Source of the DNA: Myxococcales bacterium
Lineage (GTDB): Bacteria; Myxococcota_A; UBA9042; JABWCM01; BTVJ01
Assembly (NCBI GenBank): GCA_045863395.1
Contig: BTVJ01000007.1
Span: 96,001-160,000 of the forward strand
Direction of reading: 5' to 3'
DNA length: 64,000 bases
Of the stretch, positions 17,504 through 29,143 are shown in pieces. How positions within the stretch are numbered: the first letter of the stretch is position 1; each line of letters starts with the position of its first letter. Made by a program: the position numbers and the translations under genes. Below the pieces are notes generated by a model. It had not been told where the DNA came from, searched no databases, and saw only the letters and a program-made list of their open reading frames with translations.

Positions 17504-20500
17504 ATGAAGAGGTGGCTGTGGTTGGTGCTGGTGCTCGGGGCGTGCGGCGAGGGGGTGACCACGGGCGGCGGTGACGTTGCAGACACCAGGGGCGACAGCC
17601 TCGGGGTAGACTCCGGGAGCGCCGACGCCGCCATCGCGGACGTGGGGGCGCCCGACGTCGCCTCCGTGGACGTCGCTGAGGAGGACGCCGGCACCGCCCC
17701 GACCTGCGACGACTCCGACAGCGGCGGCTTCGGCTGCCCCTGCGCGACGAACGCGGACTGCGAAAGCGGGTACTGCCATGCCGCCAAGAGCGGGAGCTTC
17801 TGCACCGTCGTCTGCGAGGAGTCCTGCCCCAAGGGGTGGCAGTGCAAGAGCACGGTGACGGGGCCCGACATCGTCTGGCTGTGCGTGCCCAAGGCGGACA
17901 TCCTGTGCGAGCCCTGCGCCGACTCCAAGGAGTGCGGCGAGCTGGCGGACCTGTGCACGCCGGTCGGCGACTCGGGCACCTTCTGCACCCTCGGGTGTGC
18001 CACGGACGCCGACTGCCCCATCGACTACCGCTGCGGCGACGTCGGCGAGGCGGGGGGGCTGACCGTGCGCCAGTGCCTGCCCGAGACCGGGAGCTGTGTC
18101 TGCACCGCTGCGCTCGACGGCACCAGCGAGGCGTGCTCGATCACCAACGACCACGGCACCTGCTACGGGCAGCGGACCTGCGACGGTCCGGCCGGCTGGT
18201 CCGAGTGCAACGCCAAGGCCCCCGCCGTCGAGACCTGCAACGGGTTCGACGACGACTGCAATGGGGTCTCCGACGATGGGCTCGCTCCTCATGCGTGTGA
18301 GGCCAGCAACGAGCATGGTTCGTGCGCCGGCACCGAGACGTGCAAGGGGGTCGACGGCTGGGTCTGCGACGCCCCGCTCCCATCGCCGGACCTGTGCGAT
18401 GGCCTCGACAACGACTGTAACGGCGTGACGGACGACGCCTTCCCGACCCTGGGGGAGCCCTGCGACGGAGATGACCCGGACACCTGCCCGTCCGGCACCT
18501 GGGCGTGCGCCGGTGACGGCCTGAGCCTGGTGTGCGTGGGCGATACGCCGTCTCTCGAGGTGTGCGACGGCCTCGACAACGACTGCGACGGCCTGACGGA
18601 CGAGGACTTCGCGCTGCTCGGCGATGCGTGCGACACCGACGACCCGGACGAGTGCGCCGGAGGCACCTGGCAGTGCACTCTCGATGGCAAGGGGACGGCC
18701 TGCGCCGGGGACGTCAACCAGGTGGAGGTCTGCAACGGCGCGGACGACGACTGCGACGGCCAGACCGACGAGGGCTTCGGGGACTCGGACGGAGACGGGG
18801 GTGCCGACTGCGTGGACGAGGACGACGACGGGGACGGGGACCCCGACGCGAGCGACTGCGCCCCGCTGGACCCGGCGATCTACAGCGGCGCCGCCGAGGC
18901 GTGCAACGGTGTCGACGACGACTGCGACGCCCTGATCGACGAGGACTTCCCCGACACGGACGGGGACGGCAAGGCGGACTGCCTGGACGACGACGACGAT
19001 GGGGACGGCATCAAGGACCCGAACGACAACTGCCCGCTCGTCTACAACATCGATCAGAAGGACACGGACGACGACGGCCTCGGTGACGCCTGTGACGACG
19101 ACGACGATGGGGACGGTGTGCCTGACAAGCAGGACAACTGCCCGCTCGTCTGGAACGCGGGCCAGCAGAACAGCGACGAGGACCCCCTCGGTGATGCCTG
19201 CGACGACGACGATGACGACGACGGGGACCCGGATCAGACCGACTGCGCGCCGAAGAACCCTGCCGTGCACCATGGGGCCGTCGAGGTCTGCGACGGCCTC
19301 GACAACGACTGCGATGTGGTGGTGGACGAGGGCTTCCCGGACACGGACAAGGACGGCGTGGCGGACTGCGTGGATCTGGACGACGACGGCGACGGGGACC
19401 CGGACGAGACGGACTGCGCGCCGCTGAACCCGTCGATCTTCAACGGGGCCTTCGAGCTGTGCAACGGCAAGGACGACGACTGCGACGGGGAGACCGACGA
19501 GGGCTACCCGGACAAGGACGGAAACGGCGTGCCCGACTGCCAGGACGACGACATCGACGGGGACGGCGATCCCAACGGGTCGGACTGCGCCCCGGAGGAC
19601 GCGACCATCCACCACAACGCGCCGGAGAAGTGCAACGGCAAGGACGACAACTGCAATGGCGTCGTCGACGAGGGCTTCCCCGACACTGACAAGGACGGGC
19701 TGGCGGACTGTCTCGACACGGACGACGACGCCGACGGCGTGCCGGACGAGTCCGACAACTGTCCCCTCGTGTCGAACCCGACCCAGGCAGACAAGGACGG
19801 CGACGGAGTGGGGGACGCCTGCGACCCGGACCAGGATGGCGACGGAGACCCCAACCAGACGGACTGCGCCCCCCTGAACCCGCAGATCGGCCACGGTGCC
19901 ACCGAGGTCTGCAATGGCGTGGACGACGACTGCGACGCGCTGATCGACGAGGAGGGCGCGTCCGGGTGTCAGCCGTACTCCTTCGACGGAGACAACGACG
20001 GGTTTGGCAATGACGCAAACGTCAAGTGCCTGTGCGCCCCGTCGGGCAAGCACACCGCGCTGCTCGGGGGAGACTGCAATGACGCCAACGCGACCGTGTT
20101 CCCCGGGGCCGCGGAGCTGTGCAACGGCGTGGACGACGACTGCGACGGAGAGACCGACGAGCAGGACGCGGGCGGGTGCAAGCCCTACTATGCGGACACG
20201 GACGCGGACGGGTATGGCGCTGGGGATCCGGCCTGTCTCTGCAAGGCCGCGGCGCCGTTCACGTCGAGCGTGGCAGGAGACTGCGACGACGCGGCCAAGA
20301 CGGTCAATCCCGGCGTGGCTGAGACGTGCAATGGCGTCGATGACGACTGCGACGGCCAGGTGGACGAGGTCGGGGCCGGCGGCTGCCAGGTCTGGTACAT
20401 CGACGGCGACGGAGACAACTATGGCGCAGCGGGCACCGGCCTCTGTCTGTGCGGCGCGAGCGCGACGCACACGGTCAAGCAGGGCGGGGACTGCAATGAC

Positions 20501-23308
20501 GGAGACCCGACGATCAACGGCGGCGCGGCGGAGCTGTGCAACGGCATCGACGACGACTGCGACGGCAGCATCGACGAGGACGGCGCGGCGGACCCGGCCT
20601 GCATCGCGTTCTTCAAGGACGGCGATGGAGACAAGTACGGCACCGGCTCCTCGAAGTGTCTCTGCAAGGCGGACGGACAGTGGTCTGCGATCACGGACGG
20701 AGACTGCAACGACGCGGACCCGGCGGTCAATCCGGGTGCCCCGGAGCTCTGCGGGAACCTCAAGGACGACGACTGTGACGGCCTCACCGACGAGGAGGGC
20801 GCGACGGGGTGTCAGTCCTGGCTCAAGGACGCCGACCAGGACGGCTACGGGGTCACGGCAGACTCCAAGTGCCTCTGCGCCCCCACCGCCCCCTACTCCG
20901 TGAAGGTCGGCGGAGACTGCGACGACGGGGACCCGGCGGTCAAGCCGAGCGCGAAGGAGTCGTGCAACGCCGTGGACGACGACTGCGACGGTACGGTCGA
21001 CAACGAAGGCGCCACGGGCTGCGACAAGTACTACGTCGATGGGGACGGCGACGGCTACGGGGCCAATCTGCCGCCCAAGTGCCTGTGTCTCCCCGCGGGA
21101 GACTATCAGGCCGTGCTGCCCGGAGACTGCAACGACGGGGACAGCGGAGTCTATCCGGCCCATCCCGAGTTGTGCGATGGCAAGGACAACAACTGCAACG
21201 GCAGCATCGACGAGGGTGTGACCACCACCTGGTATCTGGACCAGGACGGCGACGGCTTCGGCGCGAGCTCCACGCAGAAGGAGGCGTGCACGAAGCCCGT
21301 CGGGTATGCGGACAAGGGCGGAGACTGCGTGGACTTCAACCCGGCCATCAACCCGGGAGCCAAGGAGATCTGCAACGACCTCGACGACAACTGCAACGGT
21401 GCCATCGACGAGGTGAACCCGGCAGACCCCAATGACCCCAACAAGAAGGTGCCGGTCTACAAGGACCTGGACGGAGACGGGCACGGCGCGGTCCAGGCAG
21501 TCGCCGAGCTGCGCTGCCTGTACGACACGGATGGAGACGGCGCGGGGGACACGCCGCCGGCGGGTCTGTCCCTGGTGAAGGACGACTGCAACGACTCCAA
21601 CGCGACCGCCTACCCCGGGGCGCCCGAGCTCTGTGACGGAATCCTGAACAACTGCTCTCAGGCGGTCGCCGACGCCCACTGCCCGACGAAGTGTGCCGGG
21701 AGCTGGCCGGTCACAGCAGGCGGAAGCTCGGGCTACCCCGTCGTGGCCCAGCTCGACGACGACAACGACCTGGAGGTGGTCGTCCAGCAAGGCGGAACCG
21801 TCCGCGTCCTGGAGCACACGGGCGCCGAGAAGTGGAGCGCGGCGGCCGCAGTCAACTACAGCTACCCGGTGGTCGCCGACATGAACGGCGACGGCACCCT
21901 GGACGTGGTGGTGGGTGGCGGCGGCGTGCTGCGCATCTTCCACGGCACGACGGGTGCGCTGCTCTCGTCCATCTCCGCGGGCAGCATCGGCTCCTACTAC
22001 GGCGTCAGCGTCTTCGACGTGGACAACGACGGGGTGCTCGACGTGATCCCCACGGGGTCTGCTCCCTACCACTTGCTGCTTCTCAACGCCAACCTGACAC
22101 TCAAGCAGGACATTCTGCTGAGCCCCGTTGGCGGAGACGGCTTCTACCTGGCCCAGACCACGTTGGCAGACCTGGTCGGCGACGGCGTCCCCGAGATTGC
22201 CCTCGGCAGCGGCAACTGGACCTGCCAGTCGAGCCCATCCACGTGCAAGGGGCGCATGTACGTGTTCGGCGCGAGCGGCGCCCTGTGGAACGACCCGACA
22301 GGCGCCGACCTGGGCGCGCCACAGTTCGCCGTGTCTGGCTACCCGCTTGGCTACGCGGGCGAGGGACGGTGGCCCGTGGCGGCGAACATCGACGGCGCCG
22401 GCGGCACGGAGCTGCTCCAGGCGTTCGCGACCGCCGGCCCCCATGTGTGGCGCAAGGACGGGACGGACCACCCGCAGACGGGGGCCTTCGGGGCCTCGTT
22501 CCCGATGCTGGCGCCCATCAACTCTGCCGGCGCATCCATCAACACGCTCTCTCTCGTCGCCGGTCCCGTCGCCGACGTGGACGGTGACGGCATCTACGAG
22601 GTCTTCGAGGGGGGCGCGGGCCTCACTCTCCGCAAGGCGGGCGCGGTCATGGACGGCTTCCCCGTCAAGCTCGGCGCCAGCCCGCCCGTCATCGCGGACC
22701 TCAACCGCGATGGCCAGCTCGACGCGCTGTTCCTGAGCGGGTCCAACAACGCCGTGAACTGCTACACGCTCGGGGCCGGCACCTACGACGACGCGCGCAT
22801 CCTCCACTACGGGACCGTGGACGGCCTCGGCCGAAACCACGGCTACACCGGCGCCCTCGACCCCTTCGAGCCCAACGACGTGCGTCAGGCGCCCTACGTG
22901 CCTGCGTCGAGCCCCAACCCGGTCCTGGCGTCGCGGGCGTACAAGATCCGCGCCCTGCGCGACGTATACAGCTCCGGCGGGGGCTGGACCCACCGCCTGC
23001 GCGCGCTGATCTCCGAGCCCGGTGACCGGGACCTCTACACGCTCAGCGGGTCCATCATCGCGGTGACGCTGAGCGCGCTCGCGAAGGACTATGACCTCCA
23101 CGTACACATCTTCAAGCCGGACGGCACCTACATCGACACCCTGAGCAGCACCAAGGGTGGCGCGGCCGCCGAGTCCATCACGTGCCACACCACGACAGGC
23201 TGCCCGGCCGTCGGGGGCAGCATCTTCCTCATCGAGGTGCGGGGGAAGGACGAGGCCACCGACTTCGGGCCCTTCCCCTACATCCTGAACACGAGCTGGG
23301 CGAACTGA
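17504..23308 (+). CDS. 1934-aa surface lipoprotein: Cys-rich N-domain, MopE-like ExCNGxDDDCDG repeats, TSP3-like repeats, FG-GAP propeller, PPC-like C-terminus
   Basis: LVLGA|C lipobox. Many ELCNGxDDDCDG, DxDGDG and DNCP units; [34 protein letters not shown]...DRDLY...DYDLH. Confidence 0.88.
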   Translation: MKRWLWLVLVLGACGEGVTTGGGDVADTRGDSLGVDSGSADAAIADVGAPDVASVDVAEEDAGTAPTCDDSDSGGFGCPCATNADCESGYCHAAKSGSFCTVVCEESCPKGWQCKSTVTGPDIVWLCVPKADILCEPCADSKECGELADLCTPVGDSGTFCTLGCATDADCPIDYRCGDVGEAGGLTVRQCLPETGSCVCTAALDGTSEACSITNDHGTCYGQRTCDGPAGWSECNAKAPAVETCNGFDDDCNGVSDDGLAPHACEASNEHGSCAGTETCKGVDGWVCDAPLPSPDLCDGLDNDCNGVTDDAFPTLGEPCDGDDPDTCPSGTWACAGDGLSLVCVGDTPSLEVCDGLDNDCDGLTDEDFALLGDACDTDDPDECAGGTWQCTLDGKGTACAGDVNQVEVCNGADDDCDGQTDEGFGDSDGDGGADCVDEDDDGDGDPDASDCAPLDPAIYSGAAEACNGVDDDCDALIDEDFPDTDGDGKADCLDDDDDGDGIKDPNDNCPLVYNIDQKDTDDDGLGDACDDDDDGDGVPDKQDNCPLVWNAGQQNSDEDPLGDACDDDDDDDGDPDQTDCAPKNPAVHHGAVEVCDGLDNDCDVVVDEGFPDTDKDGVADCVDLDDDGDGDPDETDCAPLNPSIFNGAFELCNGKDDDCDGETDEGYPDKDGNGVPDCQDDDIDGDGDPNGSDCAPEDATIHHNAPEKCNGKDDNCNGVVDEGFPDTDKDGLADCLDTDDDADGVPDESDNCPLVSNPTQADKDGDGVGDACDPDQDGDGDPNQTDCAPLNPQIGHGATEVCNGVDDDCDALIDEEGASGCQPYSFDGDNDGFGNDANVKCLCAPSGKHTALLGGDCNDANATVFPGAAELCNGVDDDCDGETDEQDAGGCKPYYADTDADGYGAGDPACLCKAAAPFTSSVAGDCDDAAKTVNPGVAETCNGVDDDCDGQVDEVGAGGCQVWYIDGDGDNYGAAGTGLCLCGASATHTVKQGGDCNDGDPTINGGAAELCNGIDDDCDGSIDEDGAADPACIAFFKDGDGDKYGTGSSKCLCKADGQWSAITDGDCNDADPAVNPGAPELCGNLKDDDCDGLTDEEGATGCQSWLKDADQDGYGVTADSKCLCAPTAPYSVKVGGDCDDGDPAVKPSAKESCNAVDDDCDGTVDNEGATGCDKYYVDGDGDGYGANLPPKCLCLPAGDYQAVLPGDCNDGDSGVYPAHPELCDGKDNNCNGSIDEGVTTTWYLDQDGDGFGASSTQKEACTKPVGYADKGGDCVDFNPAINPGAKEICNDLDDNCNGAIDEVNPADPNDPNKKVPVYKDLDGDGHGAVQAVAELRCLYDTDGDGAGDTPPAGLSLVKDDCNDSNATAYPGAPELCDGILNNCSQAVADAHCPTKCAGSWPVTAGGSSGYPVVAQLDDDNDLEVVVQQGGTVRVLEHTGAEKWSAAAAVNYSYPVVADMNGDGTLDVVVGGGGVLRIFHGTTGALLSSISAGSIGSYYGVSVFDVDNDGVLDVIPTGSAPYHLLLLNANLTLKQDILLSPVGGDGFYLAQTTLADLVGDGVPEIALGSGNWTCQSSPSTCKGRMYVFGASGALWNDPTGADLGAPQFAVSGYPLGYAGEGRWPVAANIDGAGGTELLQAFATAGPHVWRKDGTDHPQTGAFGASFPMLAPINSAGASINTLSLVAGPVADVDGDGIYEVFEGGAGLTLRKAGAVMDGFPVKLGASPPVIADLNRDGQLDALFLSGSNNAVNCYTLGAGTYDDARILHYGTVDGLGRNHGYTGALDPFEPNDVRQAPYVPASSPNPVLASRAYKIRALRDVYSSGGGWTHRLRALISEPGDRDLYTLSGSIIAVTLSALAKDYDLHVHIFKPDGTYIDTLSSTKGGAAAESITCHTTTGCPAVGGSIFLIEVRGKDEATDFGPFPYILNTSWAN

Positions 23309-23387
23309 GGCGGAGCATCCTTCCTGGCGATGGCGCCCCCTCGCTGCTACCCTGCCTCGTTGCCGGCGCCCGGGGTGGCCCGGCGCT

Positions 23388-25472
23388 GTGAGGTCTTCGT
23401 TGAGACACCTGCCTTCGTGGCTGCTGCCGGCCCTCGTCGCCCTGACCGCGTGCAGCGACGACACTGCGACCACGGTTGACACGTCAACCGTGGACCTGGA
23501 CGCGACCCCCTTCGTGCCGGACGCAGGGCCGCCCGACGCGCTGCCCTCGGACGTGGACGCGGCGCCCTTCGTCCCGACGGGGAGCTGCGACGACGGCACC
23601 GTGCGGGTGCTGCGTGTGGCGCCGTGGCCTGGGCGGGGGCTCCAGATCACGCTGGAGCTGCGCACGCCCGAGGGAGCGCCCGCCACGGAGGGAGAGGCGA
23701 TCAGCGCGCGCCTCTTGAGCCCTGGTGGGGAGCACGAGGCGGTGATCAAGAAGGCCTGGCAGACCGGCGGCATCACCGGCGTCATCGTCGTCCCGTCGCC
23801 GGACGCGGCGACCCACGCGGCCCGCGTCGCCGCCGCGAGGGCCTTCGTCGCGGCCCTCCCCGAGCGGGAGCGGGTCGCCCTGTGGGCAGCGTCCGTGCCC
23901 GTGACGCTCCTCGCCGAGCTCACCGACGAGAAGGCCCACCTGGACGCGCGCCTGGCGGCGCTCGCGCCCTCCGCCGGCAGCGCCCCCGCCGGCCCCCAGC
24001 TCTCCGGGATCAGGCAGGCGCTCGTCGCGGCGGAGGGGGCCTACGGCCCGCCAAGCCGGCACCTGGTGATCGTGGACGCGGACGCCGGGGACCCCGACGC
24101 GCTGCCTCTCGTTGCCATCCAGACGTCGTGGCTCCTGCCGGGGGAGGACGGTGCCTCGCTTGCCGCCGACCTCGTCGCGCGCCGCTACGGCATCGTGCGG
24201 GTCGGGGCGTGCCCAGGGGCCGCGAAGGGCGAGGTGCTCACGCTGGAGCTCGACGGGACCCCCTGTGCCCTGAAGGCCCCTGCGCCCATCGATCACATGA
24301 CCGAAGAGCCCTGCGACCCGGCGGCCGCAGCCCTGGACGACTACCCCTTCCCGGCGACCATCGAGCTGTCCTTCACGGCGACGGAGCGCGCCGCCTGGCA
24401 GGCCCGCAAACAGGCGAACAGCAAGGAGGACTTCCGGACGTCGGTGCGCCTTGGCGCCGGGAGTCCCATCGCCGCGACGGCTCACCTGCGGGGGCACACC
24501 TCGTTGAGCTGCGACCGTCGCAACTACAACGTCAATCTGGACGGCGGCGACGAGCGGCGCCTCGCCCCCGGGGCCGCCACCGACAAGTTCTATCTGATCA
24601 GCATGTGCAAGGACGTGGGCTACTTCAACCAGACCTTCGCGGCCCGGCTGCTTGCGCCCCTCGGTGTGTTCAACCTCCAGTGGCGCTACGTGCGCCTCGT
24701 GGAGGATGGCGTGGACCGGGGCGCCTACCTGCTGCTGGAGCAGCCGGACGAGGGCCTCGTCCAGGACCACGTGGACCTGGCCGCAATCATCCGGCGCCGC
24801 TTCGACCCGGAGGATCAGCCCGAGGACGTCAAGCTTGCGAAGGCGGGCAACGCCAAGGCCCTCGCAGCCTATGAGGCGGTGGTGGACATCGCCCAGAAGG
24901 CGCCCCTCGACGAGCTGGAGCAGCGCCTCGGCGAGGTGCTCGACGTGGACGCCTACCTGCGCTGGCTCGCGTTCATGACCTTCATGGTCAACGGCGACTA
25001 CGTGGACGAGGTCTACTTCTACGGAGCCGAGGAGGCGGGGCACGTCTACTTCCGCATCCTCAACTGGGACCCCGACGACCTGTTCAGCCCGTGCCACCAC
25101 GGCAGCAAGTTCGCCTACAAGGACCCAGCGGGCATCCTCTACTGCTCCGAGGGCAAGATCGACGAGGCGGTGCTCCGGTCGCCGGCGCTCTACGGGCGTT
25201 TCGTGCAGCACCTGGAGCAGGTCATGGCGGACCACCCGGCCGACAAGCTGGCCTGGACCATGGGGGAGATCCGGGACCAGCTCTTCGCCGTCGTCGCCAC
25301 CGACGCCACCGCCAAGGCCATGGGCGAGCTCCAGCAGTCCCACCCGGACGCGGGCACCCAGGCCGGGTTTCGGAAGGTGGTCACCACGCTGACGGAGGAG
25401 ATGCTCGCTGCGGCCGAGGCCTCCCGCAAGGACCTGAAGGCGAAGATCGTCGTGTGGAGGGCCTCCCGATGA
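23388..25472 (+). CDS. CotH-family kinase lipoprotein with a vWA-like N-terminal region
   Basis: LVALTA|C lipobox. HLRGHTS..RRNYNV, GAYLLLEQPD, NGDYVDEVYFY, ILNWDPDDLF. Confidence 0.75.
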   Translation: MRSSLRHLPSWLLPALVALTACSDDTATTVDTSTVDLDATPFVPDAGPPDALPSDVDAAPFVPTGSCDDGTVRVLRVAPWPGRGLQITLELRTPEGAPATEGEAISARLLSPGGEHEAVIKKAWQTGGITGVIVVPSPDAATHAARVAAARAFVAALPERERVALWAASVPVTLLAELTDEKAHLDARLAALAPSAGSAPAGPQLSGIRQALVAAEGAYGPPSRHLVIVDADAGDPDALPLVAIQTSWLLPGEDGASLAADLVARRYGIVRVGACPGAAKGEVLTLELDGTPCALKAPAPIDHMTEEPCDPAAAALDDYPFPATIELSFTATERAAWQARKQANSKEDFRTSVRLGAGSPIAATAHLRGHTSLSCDRRNYNVNLDGGDERRLAPGAATDKFYLISMCKDVGYFNQTFAARLLAPLGVFNLQWRYVRLVEDGVDRGAYLLLEQPDEGLVQDHVDLAAIIRRRFDPEDQPEDVKLAKAGNAKALAAYEAVVDIAQKAPLDELEQRLGEVLDVDAYLRWLAFMTFMVNGDYVDEVYFYGAEEAGHVYFRILNWDPDDLFSPCHHGSKFAYKDPAGILYCSEGKIDEAVLRSPALYGRFVQHLEQVMADHPADKLAWTMGEIRDQLFAVVATDATAKAMGELQQSHPDAGTQAGFRKVVTTLTEEMLAAAEASRKDLKAKIVVWRASR

Positions 25473-27049
25473 GGCGCGCGCTCGCCCTCGTGCTGCTCCT
25501 GGCGTGCGATGACGCGGGGGACCGTGCGCCCGAGGCCGGAGCGGCGGACGTTCCCGGCGACGGGGGGAGCGGCAGCGTCGATGCAGGCGACGCCGGCTGC
25601 CCCACCTGCCCCACGTTCGACGTGACCGTGGACACCACCGACGTCCTGCCCGACGCGCCGCCAGTCCTGGTCTCCGTGGAGCTGCCCCACGAGCTGGTCC
25701 CCGGCCGGCCCGCCACGGCGGTGCTGCGGGTCCCCGCGGGGGAGCTCGGTCCGGTCACGGCCACCGTGGATGTGGTGGTTGGGGGGACGACGCGCAAGGC
25801 CACCATCTACCGCGGCGTCGGCAGCCTCCCGGTGGTGGCCCCATCCGAGGGCGAGCTGACCATCGCCGTCGCGGGCGACGGGCTCGCCGGTGAGCGCGCG
25901 GTCCCCACCGTGGCCAGACCCGCGCGCACACTGACCGGCGTCTTGTCGGGGGGCGACCTGGCGTGGGGCCCGGAGCAGGACGTGCGCATTACTGGCGAAG
26001 TCGTGGTGCCGGCTGGTGAGACGCTGACAATCGAGGCCGGCGCGCGGGTGCTGCTGGAGCCCCAGGCGCGTCTCAAGGTCGACGGCAAGCTGGTCGCCGA
26101 GGGTACGGAGGACGCCCCAGTCCTGCTGACCAGCGCCTCGGAGCCGTGGGGGGAGCTGGACGTCCCGGGTGACGCGACGCTGGCCCACACCTGGCTCATC
26201 GACGGCGGTGGCGACGGGTCGCGCGCGGTGGGCCACTCCAAGTCGCAGCCGGTCGTGCGCGTGGTGGGGGGCTCGCTCACCATGACCGGTGGCGGCATCG
26301 CCGACAGCCCCGGAAAGGCGCTGTGGTCGGACGGCGCCAAGGTGCACCTGGACGGCGTGCTGATCACGCGCTGCGACACGGGCGGCGAGCACAAGGCGTC
26401 GGAGGTGATCCTCTTGCGCTCCCACGTGCTGGAGATCCCCGACGGGGACGGGGTGGTGGCGGACGACGACAATGACGGCATCTACCTGGGCGGTGGGGAC
26501 ACGGGCGGCCCCCAGAGCCACATCGGGGACACCACCTTCGCGGTGGGGGAGGACGACGCCATCGACCACAACGGCGCCAAGGTGCGCATCGAGCGGGTGT
26601 GGATCGAGGGCTTCTTCCACGAGGGCATCGCGACCTCCACCGGCGGGCGGGTGGAGGTCATCGACACGGTGGTCAAGGGGTGCGCGCAGGGCATCGAGTG
26701 TGGCTACGGCGCGCCCGATGTGTCGGTGGTGGGGTGCCTCGTCACGGGGAACGGCGTGGGGCTCCGGTGGGGGGACGACTACGACTGGGAGGCGAAGGGG
26801 ACGTTCCACGTCGAGCGCACCGTGGCCGTGGGGAACACGACCAACGTCCGCTTCGAGGACGACCAGCAAGGAGCGCCGCCGGTGGGCGCGACCTCGATCA
26901 CCTGCTCCATGGTCGACACCCCCGCGTGGGACGGGGTGGGGAACAACGGCGCCGGCATACCGGGCGGGGGCCCGGGTGGGTGCGTCCACCAGGGGAGCGT
27001 CACGGTGGGGCCGACCTGTGGCGTCGTGGGGCCCGGAGCCTGCAAGTGA
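25469..27049 (+). CDS. Right-handed parallel beta-helix lipoprotein
   Basis: ATGA overlap. MRRALALVLLLA|C; VVVPAGETLTIEAGARV...GTEDAPVLLT; DDDNDGIYL, GEDDAIDHNG. Confidence 0.75.
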   Translation: MRRALALVLLLACDDAGDRAPEAGAADVPGDGGSGSVDAGDAGCPTCPTFDVTVDTTDVLPDAPPVLVSVELPHELVPGRPATAVLRVPAGELGPVTATVDVVVGGTTRKATIYRGVGSLPVVAPSEGELTIAVAGDGLAGERAVPTVARPARTLTGVLSGGDLAWGPEQDVRITGEVVVPAGETLTIEAGARVLLEPQARLKVDGKLVAEGTEDAPVLLTSASEPWGELDVPGDATLAHTWLIDGGGDGSRAVGHSKSQPVVRVVGGSLTMTGGGIADSPGKALWSDGAKVHLDGVLITRCDTGGEHKASEVILLRSHVLEIPDGDGVVADDDNDGIYLGGGDTGGPQSHIGDTTFAVGEDDAIDHNGAKVRIERVWIEGFFHEGIATSTGGRVEVIDTVVKGCAQGIECGYGAPDVSVVGCLVTGNGVGLRWGDDYDWEAKGTFHVERTVAVGNTTNVRFEDDQQGAPPVGATSITCSMVDTPAWDGVGNNGAGIPGGGPGGCVHQGSVTVGPTCGVVGPGACK

Positions 27050-28335
27050 GATGGTTCGTCCTGGCGCTGCTCGTGGCCTGCGGAGGGTCGCCGCCCGAGC
27101 CCGCGGACTCCGGGTGGGCCGATGTGGGCGCCTTCGACGCGGGGGCGCTGGACGTGGGCGATTCGGGTGGGCCGACGGACACGACCGGCGGCGCCGGTGA
27201 CACCACGGCGCCCGACGGGCCAAAGCTCCTGCGCATCGACGTGAAGGTGGGGGCCAAGGCGTGGGATCACCTCCACGCGGACCCCAACGGGACGGATGAG
27301 ATCGAGGTGGAGCTGACCGTCGGCGGCCAGACCTTTCCCGGCACGGAGATGGAGCTGCACGGAGGCTTCGCGCGCACCGTCCCAAAGAAGTCGTATCGCT
27401 TCTCCATCGACGACGACTTTGGCTCCGAGCTGGACCTGTTCGGCGACGGCGTGGAGCGCCAGCGCCGCTTCGTGCTCAAGGCGTCCTGGAATGATCGCAC
27501 GTGGATGCGTGGCCCCCTGACCATGGACCTGCTGCGGGAGGCCGGCGGCCTGGCGCCCCGGGAGCGCCACGCCGAGCTGTACGTCAATGGCGGCTACTTC
27601 GGCCTCTACGTGCTCGTGGAGCGCATCGACAAGCTCTACCTGAAGCGGCAGGGCCTCGAGAAGGACAAGGCGAGCCTCTACAAGGCGGAGAACCACAACG
27701 CCAACTGGAAGCCCAAGGCCGATCCGCTGGCTGGCTATGATCAGGAGCTGGGGAAGGAGGGGGACGTGGGGGACCTCGCCGCCCTCCTCGACGCCTGCGG
27801 CAAGACGGAGACGACCGCCGAGGCCTTCGCGGCCAAGGTGGAGCCGTGGCTGTCCCTGGAGGACTTCGTCCGCTGGCAGCGCGTCAACACCTACGCCGAC
27901 AACAAGGACACCTACACCAAGAACTACCTGCTCCACCACGACAGGGCCGCGTCCTACGGCGCTCCCACCCACCCGTTTCGCTTGATTGCGTGGGACGCGG
28001 ACGCGACCTGGGGCAACAACTGGGACGGCGAGCCGCTGGAGCCCGACGCAGGTGCCTGGCATGGCACGGACGGCTTCTCCCCGCGGCTGTTCTCCATACC
28101 CGCGTGGCGGTCGTCCTACCTTGCGGCGTATGAGGACGCCCTGGCCGGTCCGTTCCGCCCGGATGCCATCGGCGAGCGCATCTCTGCCCTGACCTTCAAG
28201 CTCCGTGCGGCGGCCATGAAGGACCTGGCCAAGTGGCAGCCGGGGTTCTCCTTCGACGCGGAGATCGCGCGGCTGCGGTGGGCCGTCGAGCAGCGCCACG
28301 AGCGCATGAGCGCCGTGATCGGCGCACTGAAGTGA
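27046..28335 (+). CDS. CotH-family kinase lipoprotein
   Basis: GTGA overlap. LALLVA|C; LHGGFARTVPKKSYRF, YFGLYVLVERIDK, NKDTYTKNYLL, IAWDADATWG. Confidence 0.85.
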   Translation: MRWFVLALLVACGGSPPEPADSGWADVGAFDAGALDVGDSGGPTDTTGGAGDTTAPDGPKLLRIDVKVGAKAWDHLHADPNGTDEIEVELTVGGQTFPGTEMELHGGFARTVPKKSYRFSIDDDFGSELDLFGDGVERQRRFVLKASWNDRTWMRGPLTMDLLREAGGLAPRERHAELYVNGGYFGLYVLVERIDKLYLKRQGLEKDKASLYKAENHNANWKPKADPLAGYDQELGKEGDVGDLAALLDACGKTETTAEAFAAKVEPWLSLEDFVRWQRVNTYADNKDTYTKNYLLHHDRAASYGAPTHPFRLIAWDADATWGNNWDGEPLEPDAGAWHGTDGFSPRLFSIPAWRSSYLAAYEDALAGPFRPDAIGERISALTFKLRAAAMKDLAKWQPGFSFDAEIARLRWAVEQRHERMSAVIGALK

Positions 28336-28393
28336 CCGCCGGCGCTGTCCCTGGCGACGCGGTCCCGCTATCATCGCCCGCCCGGAGGTGTTC

Positions 28394-29140
28394 ATGAAGC
28401 TGCGCCCCCTCATCGCGCGCCTCAATGGCGCCACCAACACGCTCTACCGCCGCCTGGCGACCCGGCCCCACTACTTGGAGGTCTACGGCCGCATGGTGGA
28501 TCGGGCGGTGATGGACTCCGACGCCATCATTCATCTGGGCTGCGGGCCCCTTGGCTTCGACCAGGTGTGCCGGGTGCCGCTCCAGGGCAAGACCGTCTAC
28601 GCCGTGGACCCCGACGCCGAGGCCCTCGCGCGGAACCCGTGCCCCAACCGCATCGTCGCCTATGGGGAGGCGGTGCCGCTGCCGAGTGGATGCGCGGACA
28701 CGGTGGTGCTGGAGCACGTCGTGGAGCACCTGGATGATCCCGCCGCCGTGCTGCGCGAGGCGCACCGGCTGCTGCGGCCGGGCGGCCGGGTGGTGTTCAC
28801 CACGCCCAACCTCCTGTCCTACTCGGGGCTGGCGACGCACCTCACGCCGATGCAGTTCCACGTCTGGTATCTGGGGCTGATGAGGCGGGGAGGCTCGGGG
28901 GGCAAGCGGGACCCGTACCCCACGGTGTTCCACATGAACACCATCGGGAAGATCCGGCAGATCGCAGCGGACACGGGCTTCGAGGTGGAGGAGCTCTCCA
29001 CGGGCGTCGACTGGCCCACCTACACCTGGCCACTGCCGGTCATCCACCAGCTCGCGGCGCTCTGGCACCTGGTCCTGGACCGCGTGGAGGCCCTCGCACC
29101 GCTCCGGATCACGCTCACCGTGTCGCTGCGCAGGGCGTGA
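28394..29140 (+). CDS. Class I SAM-dependent methyltransferase
   Basis: IHLGCGP, YAVDPD, VPLPSGCADTV, VVEHLDDP...LLRPGGRVVFTTPN. Confidence 0.85.
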   Translation: MKLRPLIARLNGATNTLYRRLATRPHYLEVYGRMVDRAVMDSDAIIHLGCGPLGFDQVCRVPLQGKTVYAVDPDAEALARNPCPNRIVAYGEAVPLPSGCADTVVLEHVVEHLDDPAAVLREAHRLLRPGGRVVFTTPNLLSYSGLATHLTPMQFHVWYLGLMRRGGSGGKRDPYPTVFHMNTIGKIRQIAADTGFEVEELSTGVDWPTYTWPLPVIHQLAALWHLVLDRVEALAPLRITLTVSLRRA

Positions 29141-29143
29141 GGC

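Noticed and set aside
16547..23923. 2458-aa minus-strand ORF
   Set aside because: Antisense shadow of the + strand genes (Val/Ala/Arg-rich, no motifs); high GC suppresses stops.
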